A stretch of 64,000 nt of DNA, from positions 740,973-804,972 of the forward strand of contig CAVXTH010000006.1 of NCBI GenBank assembly GCA_963764625.1, in the 5' to 3' direction. The notes under the pieces were generated by a model. It was not told where the DNA came from and ran no database searches. It saw only the letters and a program-made list of their open reading frames with translations. Position numbers and translations under genes: made by a program. Of the stretch, positions 1 to 8,623 are shown in pieces. This DNA is from Candidatus Krumholzibacteriota bacterium (GTDB lineage Bacteria; Krumholzibacteriota; Krumholzibacteriia; JAJRXK01). How positions within the stretch are numbered: the first letter of the stretch is position 1; each line of letters begins with the position of its first letter.

Positions 1-96
1 GCTTCTAAACTATAGGGGAGTTATCAGGCGCCCACGAATCTCGTGGCGACGCTTGGATTTCGTGTTTTCACCCGCCCTGCGATCGAGGTCCCCATC

Positions 97-651
97 ATGA
101 CGCGCTCATTCTCCCTTTACGCAGCGCTCGCGGCCCTGCTCCTCCTGGTTGTACCTGCCGCGCAGGCCAACCTCGTGGTGGACCCCTCGGCCGCCGCCCT
201 GGGATCGTCCACCATCTGGATCGCCGTGCCCGAGACGGCGGACCCCGCGGAAACCCCCGAGCTCACGCTCAAGCTGCAGACGCCCGAAGGAACCAGCAGT
301 TCCGACCTTTACCTCGTCGAACCCAATCGCCGCCTCCCCCTCGTCTTCCCCAGCGAAGACCCGGATGCCGATTCCGGAGTGATCTCCAGTGAGACGCCCT
401 TCACCACGACCCTGGGAGTCACCCGCATCGGAGATGACGGTCTTCAGCTCGGCGAACCGACCGGTTGGGTCGCCCTGGACCGCAATCGCGGCGGGGATCC
501 CATCGTGTCGGTGCCCATGGATGGGCGCCAGCCCCGGACCGCGGCAACCCCTGCTCCCGAGCCGGCCACCGTCATGCTTCTTGCATGTGGCCTGGTCATC
601 GTGGGAGCGATGTTTCATGCCCGCCGCCGCGGGGCAGAGGTCCAGATCTAG
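97..651 (+). CDS. PEP-CTERM sorting-domain secreted protein
   Basis: ORF 43..651. ATG at 97 gives signal peptide MTRSFSLYAALAALLLLVVPAAQA. C-terminus PAPEPATVMLLACGLVIVGAMFHARRRG shows a PEP motif, a TM helix and an Arg cluster. Confidence 0.8.
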   Translation: MTRSFSLYAALAALLLLVVPAAQANLVVDPSAAALGSSTIWIAVPETADPAETPELTLKLQTPEGTSSSDLYLVEPNRRLPLVFPSEDPDADSGVISSETPFTTTLGVTRIGDDGLQLGEPTGWVALDRNRGGDPIVSVPMDGRQPRTAATPAPEPATVMLLACGLVIVGAMFHARRRGAEVQI

Positions 652-664
652 GGGAGCCTCACTA

Positions 665-679
665 GGGCATTGTCATCGC
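665..679 (+). promoter_or_regulatory. candidate sigma-54 -24/-12 element (GGGCAT-N5-TCGC)
   Basis: GG and GC dinucleotides at the canonical spacing, 13 nt after the PEP-CTERM gene stop and ~120 nt before ATG 799. Motif match only. Confidence 0.25.
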
Positions 680-798
680 CTCCATAAGCGTATATGGATT
701 GCAGCGGGATCTTCTTCGAGAGAGGATCCCGCATTCGTGGGTATCTCTTTCTGAGCTGCCCAATTCTGTCATTCCATCCAGCGCAGGTACCCTGGACC

Positions 799-1776
799 AT
801 GAGATTGCCCAAGTCCTGTCGATCCCTGAGCCTCTTTCTCCTGCTCGCTCTTTCCCTGGCCTTCTGTGCCCATAGCGCCAGGGCCCAGTCTAACCGCACG
901 GTCGCCGGCCGCCCCTACCGGCTCGGAGTGGGGGACGTACTCCAGCTCTCGGTGTGGCAACAACCCACTCTCGATCGGGAACTTCGCATCCGCGACGATG
1001 GTACGGTTGTCGTACCCCTGGTCGGGGAGGTCAAGGCAGCCGGAGAGACGGTTCCAGAGTTGGAGGAACTGCTGACCAAGCGCCTGCGCTCGTTCAATCG
1101 CGACATCACCGAAGTTTCCGTCACGGTCAGCAAGTACCAGAGCCTTCAGATCTTCGTCATGGGAGCGGTCGCCAATCCGGGCGTGCATTCCTTCAAGGAA
1201 ACTCCCAACGCGTGGGATGCCATTCGCACCGCGGGGGGGCCGACGGCTACGGCGAACCTGCGTCGCGTGCGCGTGCTCCACAACGACGAGAAATCGACGG
1301 TGACGACGCTGGTCAACGTCGCTGAGGTGATCCAAGGCGAGGGCACGGGTGACCTTCCCGATCTGTCACCGGGAGACACGGTGATCGTGCCCGGCGACGC
1401 GATGCTCAATGCCTCCGACCGTGAGACGGGGGTGCAAGTTCTGGGGCAAGTGGTCAGCGCAGGTTTCTACAGCGTCGATGGCCCTACCCCAGTGCTGACG
1501 GTAATTCTGCTGGCTGGGGGCTTCAACGGAGACGGCGACCCCAGACAGGTGCGAGTGGTGCACGATTCAGGTCATGGCTCCCTCGAGGGACGCGCCGTGG
1601 ATACCACCCTTTTTCTGCAGAACGGGCAGATCAGTGGGAACCCCCTAGTGTATGCGGGCGACACGGTTTACGTAGAGAAGAAGCCATTCTCCGGTGGTGT
1701 TCTTCGAGTGCTTCCCGGGATCATAGCCTCGGTTACCGGCGTGGTCGCCCTTCTCATCAGCGTCTCCAAGCATTGA
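799..1776 (+). CDS. polysaccharide export protein (Wza/Poly_export + SLBB type)
   Basis: ORF 694..1776. ATG 799 gives signal peptide MRLPKSCRSLSLFLLLALSLAFCAHSARA. YRLGVGDVLQLSVWQQP...DDGTVVVPLVGEVKAAGETVPELEELL is typical of the Poly_export domain. Confidence 0.8.
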   Translation: MRLPKSCRSLSLFLLLALSLAFCAHSARAQSNRTVAGRPYRLGVGDVLQLSVWQQPTLDRELRIRDDGTVVVPLVGEVKAAGETVPELEELLTKRLRSFNRDITEVSVTVSKYQSLQIFVMGAVANPGVHSFKETPNAWDAIRTAGGPTATANLRRVRVLHNDEKSTVTTLVNVAEVIQGEGTGDLPDLSPGDTVIVPGDAMLNASDRETGVQVLGQVVSAGFYSVDGPTPVLTVILLAGGFNGDGDPRQVRVVHDSGHGSLEGRAVDTTLFLQNGQISGNPLVYAGDTVYVEKKPFSGGVLRVLPGIIASVTGVVALLISVSKH

Positions 1777-1795
1777 GTTCGCCAGCACGTGGAGC

Positions 1796-3526
1796 ATGAG
1801 CATGGGTTCTAGCCCCAGGACATCGCATCATCGGCAGGGGACATCCAACTCGCCGAAGGCTGGGAGCGAGGGCTTCGATCCCCATCGTCTGTGGCAGATC
1901 GTCCGTCGTCGTCGCTTTTACCTGATCCTGCCGGTCCTGGTGATCGGAAGCGTCCTGGGGGCGGGCGTCACCACCATCTCGCCTCTGTACCAGTCGAGCG
2001 TGCGAATCCTCCTGGAAGACCGGAGCACCGGCACCGACGTCGACAAGCTCATGACGAGGGAAGCCAGGCGTGTCCGGGATCTCGAGAACCTGGTGATGGT
2101 GCGCGAGACCCTCATGTCCCAGCAGCTTCTCACCCGGGTGATTCGGAATCTCCAACTGCGCAACGACAAGGAGATCCAGGAGCAAGCACGCATTCTTCAG
2201 GAGACCAAACTTCCCGACCAGACCTTGAGCTTGATTGCGGAGAGGCTCCTCGTCAATCGCCTGCGCCACAAGCTCTTCGTCAGCAATCAGGAGGGGAATC
2301 TCTTCTTGATCAGCATGGAGGACAACGACCCCTACACCGCGTACAAGCTTACCGAAGCGGTGACGGAGGCCTTCGTCGAAGAGATGAATCGCCGCCGGGT
2401 CGAAGGTCTGATCGAGACGACAAGCTTCACCGATCAACAGTTGGAGAGCGCCCGGCAGACTCTCAAGGACGCCGAAACCGAACTCGAGAAGTTCAAGCGC
2501 ACGCGGGTCATCCAGGATACCCTGAGCAACAACCCGGTCACCGAAAAGAACAGTCGCAAGGCCGAGGGGATCCTCCAGGACGTGAAACTCGATCTCACCG
2601 AGAACGAGCGCGAGATCACTCGCATCGACAACGAGCTCTACTCCCTCGTCGCTTCGCCTCCTCGCGATCCTCGCTACAAGGACGACCCGCAGGTCCAGGG
2701 AATAAGGGACCGCCTCGAGGCTCTAGAGAAACAGGACTACGTCGCGCAACTCGGCAGTTCGCCGGTCCCGGCTTCGGGGATCACGCCGGAACAGCAGCGC
2801 ATCGGAGTGCAGCGGAATCGTCTGAACACGCGATTGCTGGAGATCATGAGCGACAGCTATCCGGAGCTACCCAAGCATGCCCTGGAGATTTTAGCCCGCA
2901 AGGCTGAACTCACGATCGTCGACGAAGTGTTGCGGCGGCACCACGACCGGATCCAGACCGAGTACGACGGGTTCCAGCAGCGCATCAAGGGAAAGCCCGC
3001 GCTCGAAGCCGAGCTGCGTCGTCTCGAACAAAAGGTCTCCAACGAGGAGTCCATCTACAACCACCTGATCGACGCCGAGAACTCGAATGAACTGAGGCTC
3101 GCGGCCAACGAGAGCGGGTTCGGGATCTCGGTTCGCGTGCTGGAGCCGGCGTTCAAGGCGATCGCGCCTTTCAAGCCGGACAAGAAGAAGATCGCCCTCA
3201 TGGGCGTAGTCCTGGCGCTCGGCATCGGCATGGGCGCGATCTTCCTGGCCGAATACGTCGATTCCAGTTTCAAGGACGTGGACGAGGTCGAACACATCCT
3301 GGGTCTGCGCGTGGTGGGAACTCTTCCGCGCTTCGCGGATACCTATGAGTGGAGTCTCAAGAGGAAGCGGACGGTGTTCGTCTGGAGAACCGCGTTCATC
3401 GTCACTCTGGTGACCGCGATGCTTCTCTTCGTACTCTACTATCGGCAGGCCATGATTCACGACCGCATCCAGCCGCTCAGTCCCTTGACCGAGAGCGCCG
3501 CCCCCGCGCGAGAGGACTCGCCGTGA
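1796..3526 (+). CDS. polysaccharide chain-length determinant protein (Wzz/GumC family)
   Basis: N-terminal TM (FYLILPVLVIGSVLGAGV), a long coiled-coil periplasmic region and a C-terminal TM (IALMGVVLALGIGMGAIFLAEYVD). Sits directly before a BY-kinase. Confidence 0.8.
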   Translation: MSMGSSPRTSHHRQGTSNSPKAGSEGFDPHRLWQIVRRRRFYLILPVLVIGSVLGAGVTTISPLYQSSVRILLEDRSTGTDVDKLMTREARRVRDLENLVMVRETLMSQQLLTRVIRNLQLRNDKEIQEQARILQETKLPDQTLSLIAERLLVNRLRHKLFVSNQEGNLFLISMEDNDPYTAYKLTEAVTEAFVEEMNRRRVEGLIETTSFTDQQLESARQTLKDAETELEKFKRTRVIQDTLSNNPVTEKNSRKAEGILQDVKLDLTENEREITRIDNELYSLVASPPRDPRYKDDPQVQGIRDRLEALEKQDYVAQLGSSPVPASGITPEQQRIGVQRNRLNTRLLEIMSDSYPELPKHALEILARKAELTIVDEVLRRHHDRIQTEYDGFQQRIKGKPALEAELRRLEQKVSNEESIYNHLIDAENSNELRLAANESGFGISVRVLEPAFKAIAPFKPDKKKIALMGVVLALGIGMGAIFLAEYVDSSFKDVDEVEHILGLRVVGTLPRFADTYEWSLKRKRTVFVWRTAFIVTLVTAMLLFVLYYRQAMIHDRIQPLSPLTESAAPAREDSP

Positions 3527-4227
3527 AAGAGACCGAGATCCATCCCCAGTCGGCGCTGCTTTCGACTGACCCCAAGGACTTCGAAACCCCCCTGGCGGTG
3601 GAGATGCGGCGCCTGTACACCAAGCTGCGTCCGCCTCTGAAGGAACTCTCCGCACAAGTCCTCATGTTAACTTCAGCGGAGCGGGGAGAGGGCAAGAGCA
3701 CGACCTCGGCCAATCTGGCCGTGACGGTGGCCCGACACCGGCGCACGAAGACGGTTCTCGTCGACGCCGACCTGCGGCGGCCCACCATTCACAAGCTCTT
3801 CGAGATGCCACGGGAGCCGGGGCTGAGCGACATCCTGGAGGGGAAGTGCACCATCGAGCAGGCCTTACGCCCGACCCCTCATTCGTTTCTTCAGGTGATT
3901 CCCAGTGGCTCCCGCGAGGAGCACCCGGGCGGACTTTTCGAAAGACAGCGCCTGAGCGATACCATCGAGCACTTGCGCAAACGATTTGAAATCGTCATCT
4001 TCGATGCGCCCCCCGTACTACCCGTCGCGGATACCACGATCCTGGCGGGAGAGATGGATGGAGTCTTGATGGTGATCATGGGCGGACTCACTCCACGCGA
4101 AGTGGTTCGACGGGCGCGAGAGATCCTCGAGGATTCGAATGCGCGCCTACTCGGGGTCGTACTCAACAACGCGTCGCGCGTTTTGCCCTACTACTACGAA
4201 TACAGCTACTACGGCGAAGAAGAGTAG
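3523..4227 (+). CDS. tyrosine autokinase (BY-kinase, CpsD/CapB/EpsG type)
   Basis: GTG 3523 overlaps the upstream TGA (GTGA). Walker A GEGKST, Walker A' VLVDADLRRP, Walker B VIFDAPP. C-terminal Tyr cluster YYYEYSYYGEEE. Confidence 0.85.
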   Translation: MKETEIHPQSALLSTDPKDFETPLAVEMRRLYTKLRPPLKELSAQVLMLTSAERGEGKSTTSANLAVTVARHRRTKTVLVDADLRRPTIHKLFEMPREPGLSDILEGKCTIEQALRPTPHSFLQVIPSGSREEHPGGLFERQRLSDTIEHLRKRFEIVIFDAPPVLPVADTTILAGEMDGVLMVIMGGLTPREVVRRAREILEDSNARLLGVVLNNASRVLPYYYEYSYYGEEE

Positions 4228-5210
4228 TGGTCTGTCTCTTCTCTCAACTCTCTCCACCTCAAGTCACGCCGGGAAGCGAAGGTTACGATAAGACCGAGCA
4301 AAACCGCGAACCAGAGAGTCGCTCCCCGTATCAGCAGGGTCGCCGCGGTGGCCGAGGATGAAGCAATCCCCGCCTCCCGTAGCACGCCGAACAAGACGGC
4401 TTCTGTCCCCACCAGGCCGCCCGGCATGAAGGTGAGATTTCCTGCGATCGTACTGCCAGCGTAGATCCAGCTGGCCTGCATGAGGGGAATGGACGTCCCC
4501 AGCCCCACGAGAATTAGATAGAGCCCCACGCATTCGGCGAACCACGCCCCCAAACTCATGAGGAGTGCGGGGATGAGTTTCGCGGTGGAAAAAAGGCGAG
4601 CGCCGTCGTGCAAGCTTTCGCTCAGTGCGGCGGCCCGATTGGAAGTCCACGGGAGTTTCTGCAGCAGATCCAGAAGCACCTGTTGCACGCGTGGACGACC
4701 TAGCAGGACCCCGCACAGGAGGGTCAGAAGGAGGAGGGCGAAGATGCGCGGTTGCAGATTCCGCTGCCCGTGGCCGATCCCGGCCAGGGCCAGAATCGTC
4801 AGCGCGAATGCGTCGGTGATCCGGTCGACCAGAAGCACCGGAGTGGTGCTTCGAATCGAGTACCCGTGATTCCTCCGCAGAAAGACCAGTTTGTAGATCT
4901 CACCGAGTCGCGCGGGCGTCACGACCATGGTGAGGCACGAAAAGTAGATCCGGGCGTTGGAAACGATGGGCACCCGGATGTTCAGGGCCTTCAAGAGGAA
5001 GTCCCATTTGAGAAAGCGTAAGCCGTAATTCAAGAGGCTCAAGGCCAACACTGGCAGGATGAGAGATCGATCGAAGACCTGCCAGGCCTCGTGCAGGGGC
5101 TTTCTCGCCAGAAAGAAGGCGAGGAGCACGACGAGGAGGGCGAGAGCCGCGAAATAGACGAAGAGATGCCGGCTCAGAAAGATTCGAATGCGTGAGTTGG
5201 CGTCGGACAT
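4209..5210 (-). CDS. polytopic membrane protein, flippase-like / LPG-synthase TM-domain (UPF0104) family
   Basis: ORF 4209..5294. ATG at 5210 (MSDANSRIRIF...). About 8 hydrophobic helices. Family resemblance judged by eye only. Confidence 0.5.
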   Translation of the reverse strand: MSDANSRIRIFLSRHLFVYFAALALLVVLLAFFLARKPLHEAWQVFDRSLILPVLALSLLNYGLRFLKWDFLLKALNIRVPIVSNARIYFSCLTMVVTPARLGEIYKLVFLRRNHGYSIRSTTPVLLVDRITDAFALTILALAGIGHGQRNLQPRIFALLLLTLLCGVLLGRPRVQQVLLDLLQKLPWTSNRAAALSESLHDGARLFSTAKLIPALLMSLGAWFAECVGLYLILVGLGTSIPLMQASWIYAGSTIAGNLTFMPGGLVGTEAVLFGVLREAGIASSSATAATLLIRGATLWFAVLLGLIVTFASRRDLRWRELREETDHYSSSP

Positions 5211-5218
5211 GGGGAATT

Positions 5219-5233
5219 TGGCTTGGATCCTGC
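5219..5233 (+). promoter_or_regulatory. candidate sigma-54 -24/-12 element (TGGCTT-N5-CTGC)
   Basis: GG/GC spacing is canonical. Lies in the 72-nt divergent gap, ~50 nt before ATG 5283. Motif match only. Confidence 0.3.
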
Positions 5234-5282
5234 CCAGTCTGTGGATTGGGGACGGTCGAAAAGGGAGCGTAGAGTCTTGCAC

Positions 5283-6212
5283 ATGAAGCGTCAATCAAGA
5301 CGAGTCCAATTCTTTCTCAGCGTCGCGGGATGCATCCTCCTCTTCCTTTCCGTGGCTCCTAGGCCCCTTTTGGCTCAAGAGTCCAGTGGAACGTTTCTGA
5401 CGATTCCCGTCGACGTCGTGGGCGCCGGCATGGGTGGAGCAGATGTTGCACGAATCAGCCACGGCATTTCGCCTTTCGCGAACCCGGCCGGCTCGGCCGT
5501 GAATTTCAGTTCCGCCACCTTGACCCACGAGCTCTGGCTCGCCGAACAGCGCGTCAACGCGCTGGCGATCCAGATGCCCTTGCAAAAAGGTCGCTCGGGG
5601 CTGGCCCTCACCGGGAGAATGGTGAGCCACGCGACCGTCCCTCGCTTCGATGCCAATGGCAATCGCATGGGTTCGCTCGAGCCCCAGGACTTGAGCCTGG
5701 GCGCTACCTACGCCATGCGCTTCGGCATGGTGACCCTCGGAGCCGGCGCACGGTACATCCAGGAGAACCTGGAAGTGGCCAAGGGAACCGGCTTCTCCTT
5801 CGATCTCGGAGCGCTGCTCGACGTGGGACCGGCCCGGTTCGGGCTGGCTGGCACCAACCTCTTCGGCTACCTGAATTACGATGGGAGCAGCTATGACCCC
5901 CCGCGGAGAATCGCGGGAGGGGTCGCGGTCTCTCCGGGCTTCCATGAGCTCGAATTCGTGGCCCAGTACAACGATTGGCGCTACGGGGACCAGGACCTCG
6001 CGCTGGGGGCGCAGTGGTCGGCCCTGCGCGGCGTTTTGAACCTGCGCGCCGGATATGTCGCACTGACCCAATCCTCGCAGGAGGAGAGCTTCTCTCCCGT
6101 GCGGTTCGGGTTCACGATCGCCCATTCCGGACTCGCTCTGGATTATGCCTACGTTCCGCACAAGGAACTGGGGCAAGCGCATTTGCTTTCCCTCCGCTGG
6201 ATGAAGCAGTAG
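5283..6212 (+). CDS. outer-membrane beta-barrel protein (PorV/PorQ-like N-terminal motif)
   Basis: Signal peptide MKRQSRRVQFFLSVAGCILLFLSVAPRPLLA. FLTIPVDVVGAGMGGADVA...NPAG motif. Alternating hydrophobic strands and an aromatic-rich C-terminus. Confidence 0.45.
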   Translation: MKRQSRRVQFFLSVAGCILLFLSVAPRPLLAQESSGTFLTIPVDVVGAGMGGADVARISHGISPFANPAGSAVNFSSATLTHELWLAEQRVNALAIQMPLQKGRSGLALTGRMVSHATVPRFDANGNRMGSLEPQDLSLGATYAMRFGMVTLGAGARYIQENLEVAKGTGFSFDLGALLDVGPARFGLAGTNLFGYLNYDGSSYDPPRRIAGGVAVSPGFHELEFVAQYNDWRYGDQDLALGAQWSALRGVLNLRAGYVALTQSSQEESFSPVRFGFTIAHSGLALDYAYVPHKELGQAHLLSLRWMKQ

Positions 6213-6218
6213 TCTCTC

Positions 6219-6290
6219 GACCCGGACCGTTCGCCTCGAGGGCGGCCGGGTCGATGAAATCTGGCTTCGATCGCTCCCCTTCGGGGGGCG
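6219..6290 (+). terminator. two GC-rich hairpins between the OMP gene and the exosortase gene
   Basis: GACCCGG...CCGGGTC (6219-6252, with an inner CGCC/GGCG stem) and GCTCCCC-ttcg-GGGGGGCG (6272-6290). No T tract, so terminator function is uncertain. Confidence 0.3.
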
Positions 6291-6324
6291 CCATCAGGGG
6301 GGGCGTCGTGCCCGCAAGGACGCG

Positions 6325-7152
6325 ATGAAATCCATGCGGCTCCGCTTCACCGTGGTCTTCGCCGCGCTGGCCTTCGTCTTGGCCTATGCCCGGATCCTGC
6401 AGAGCTGGATCGCGGACCTGTACTCCGATCCCAACTATGGCCATGGACTCGTCCTGGGTTGCCTTCTGCTTGCCCTGGGAGCGTGGCGTAGCCTGAAGCG
6501 CGATCCGGTGCAGCATCCGGGTGGGCGCAATTTCTGGTGGGTCTGGGGCCTTCTCGCGCTGGGAATGGCCGTGGGCGGCCTTCTGGTCGCCAATGACAGC
6601 CTCATGCGCTGGTCCCTGGTCCTGGCCGCTCTGGCCTGCGTGGAGGCGCTCGCCCCGGTTTCGATGGTGAGAGCGTGGCGAGGCCCCCTTCTGGCCCTGC
6701 TGCTCTTGGTGCCCTGGCCCTACGTGATCTACTATCTCGCGACTGCGCATCTCCAGCGGATGTCCTCGGCCGCCGCCGCGTTCCTACTTCATGCGAGTGG
6801 CGTGCCCTTGGCCCGAGACGGGAATCTGCTCCACTTTTCCGGCTACGATCTCGAGGTGGTGGAGGCCTGCAGCGGGTTGCGTAGCCTCTTGGTCATGAGT
6901 GCTCTGGCCGCCTTTCTCGCCGCCGTCGCGCGCCTGTCCTCGCGCCGGACCATCTTCATGCTCTTGCTTTCCGTTCCCCTCGCATTGGGGGCGAATCTGT
7001 TCCGGCTCGTCCTCACCGGATACGGGGCCCAGTTGGGGGGACCCAAGACGGCGGAGAACATCTTCCATCTCGGCGGCGGACTCTTGAGTTTCGCGCTCGG
7101 CGTGATCGTCTTGGGGTTGGCTGCGTTCTATCCGCGCGGGAGAAAGGCATGA
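6325..7152 (+). CDS. exosortase (XrtA/EpsH-like)
   Basis: DPNYGHGLVL motif near the N-terminus, catalytic-Cys motif EACSGLRSLL, later NLFRLVL (Arg) and HLGGG (His). About 8 TM helices. Confidence 0.85.
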   Translation: MKSMRLRFTVVFAALAFVLAYARILQSWIADLYSDPNYGHGLVLGCLLLALGAWRSLKRDPVQHPGGRNFWWVWGLLALGMAVGGLLVANDSLMRWSLVLAALACVEALAPVSMVRAWRGPLLALLLLVPWPYVIYYLATAHLQRMSSAAAAFLLHASGVPLARDGNLLHFSGYDLEVVEACSGLRSLLVMSALAAFLAAVARLSSRRTIFMLLLSVPLALGANLFRLVLTGYGAQLGGPKTAENIFHLGGGLLSFALGVIVLGLAAFYPRGRKA

Positions 7153-7784
7153 AGCGAGGGACTCGCGGTCTCCTCCTGGGTCTGGGATTTCTCGGCGTGG
7201 CCGGGCTCTCCCATCGGCTGCAGACTCCGGTCGCTGAGGCGGAGTGGTCGAAGGACTTCGCGACCAGTGTACTCCAGGAAGAAGGAGTCACTCAACTTCC
7301 AGTCTCCTTGCAGGCAAGGGAGGCGCTTGGCGTCGACCGCTACCGTTTCGTGGAGGTGGAGAACGAGGATTGGGCACCGGTGTGGATCTACGCCGGGTAC
7401 TACGCGGGGCAGAGAACCAATGCGCAAGTTCACGCCCCCGAACACTGTTATCCGGGTGCGGGCTGGGGAATCGTTGCAAGTAGAGTGGTGCAAAGGAATC
7501 AAGAGTCGCTGCACGAGCTCTCGATCGAAAAGCGCGGTGAGAAGCGTCTCGTCTGGTATGCCTATCGCACGCGGCGCGGGCAAGCCACGAGCGCACTCGG
7601 ACTCAAGCTGGATCAGATGTTCTCCGCTCTGCGGGGCGCCCCGCGCGACGCGCTTCTGCTACGTCTCAGCACCCCCGTTCTGGACGTGGAGGGAGAGAAG
7701 GTAGCGCAACGGAGACTGGCGGAATCCTGGGACACCTACGGCAGCGAGGTCATCGGCTGGTACGAGAGGAGGGGAGACCGGTGA
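7149..7784 (+). CDS. epsI: exosortase-associated EpsI family protein
   Basis: ATGA overlap with the exosortase stop. N-terminal TM. HAPEHCYPGAGW motif typical of EpsI. Confidence 0.8.
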   Translation: MKRGTRGLLLGLGFLGVAGLSHRLQTPVAEAEWSKDFATSVLQEEGVTQLPVSLQAREALGVDRYRFVEVENEDWAPVWIYAGYYAGQRTNAQVHAPEHCYPGAGWGIVASRVVQRNQESLHELSIEKRGEKRLVWYAYRTRRGQATSALGLKLDQMFSALRGAPRDALLLRLSTPVLDVEGEKVAQRRLAESWDTYGSEVIGWYERRGDR

Positions 7785-8623
7785 ATTTCCTGCGCTTCAT
7801 CGAAGATCTGATTCGCCTGGTGGTCCTCGCCCTCTTGGATCTGAAACGGGCCGGCGTGCGGCTCATCCTGTTTGCCGCACTTGCGGCGGAAGTCCTGGTG
7901 CTCATCATTTGCGCCGACCCGACCTTTCCCGCCTGGAGTGGAGTGGTGATCCCCCTCCTGGAGCGCGTCTTCGGCGCGTACTACCTCCACTATCCCCAGT
8001 CCTACATCGGTCTTCCCGCTACCGGCGCGGTGGGTAAGCTCTTGATCGATCTCTTCGTGAGTCCTTTCGTGTTGGCCTGGTGCGGAATGGCGATTCTCCG
8101 AGTCACCGGAGACGAAAGGGCGAAGAGACAATCTCTGTTCTCCTCGAGCTTGCACTACTATGCGCCCTTCTTCCTCTTGACCTGTCTGGAGATTGGCGTC
8201 TGGGTTCTGTTCTACGGACTGCCCGTCTACCTGCTCAACACCAGGTTCAATTTGGCGTACCGAACTCATGCCGCGGTCACCATCTTCGGAAGTCTTCTTC
8301 CGCTCTTGCTCCTGACCCCTCTCTTCTTCGTTCCGCCGCATCTGCTGCGTGAGGGGAAGGGGCTGGGCCGCGCGATCGGCTCCAGCTTCTCTCGCGCGCG
8401 CAAGGATCCTGCGTGGCCTTTGGCCTTCGTGGCCTTGCCCTGGCTCGCGAGCGTGCCCCTTTCGCTGGCACTGCAGCGTTCGGCACGCCTGGCTGCGCAA
8501 CTTCGGCCGGAAATCGTGTTGGTGGCGGTTGCGTTGCAAGCCGCGATCTTTCTCTTGTTCGGGTTCATCGCACTGGACGCCGCCATCCGGATCTTCCTCA
8601 AACCCCGGAGCCGTGGATTATGA
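7781..8623 (+). CDS. uncharacterised polytopic membrane protein, start/stop-overlapped with epsI
   Basis: GTGA overlap with the epsI stop. About 6 hydrophobic helices. I recognise no family. Confidence 0.6.
   Translation: MNFLRFIEDLIRLVVLALLDLKRAGVRLILFAALAAEVLVLIICADPTFPAWSGVVIPLLERVFGAYYLHYPQSYIGLPATGAVGKLLIDLFVSPFVLAWCGMAILRVTGDERAKRQSLFSSSLHYYAPFFLLTCLEIGVWVLFYGLPVYLLNTRFNLAYRTHAAVTIFGSLLPLLLLTPLFFVPPHLLREGKGLGRAIGSSFSRARKDPAWPLAFVALPWLASVPLSLALQRSARLAAQLRPEIVLVAVALQAAIFLLFGFIALDAAIRIFLKPRSRGL

Noticed and set aside
793-808. TGGACC-N-ATTGC sigma-54-like match.
   Set aside because: The spacing is one nucleotide too long, and it overlaps the ATG start codon at 799.
3663-3673. TCATGTTAACT, a near-match to the XerD arm of dif, which could have indicated a second dif and an integrated element exploiting Xer recombination.
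   Set aside because: It lies inside the BY-kinase coding frame (VLMLTS). The 17 nt upstream do not resemble a central region plus XerC arm.
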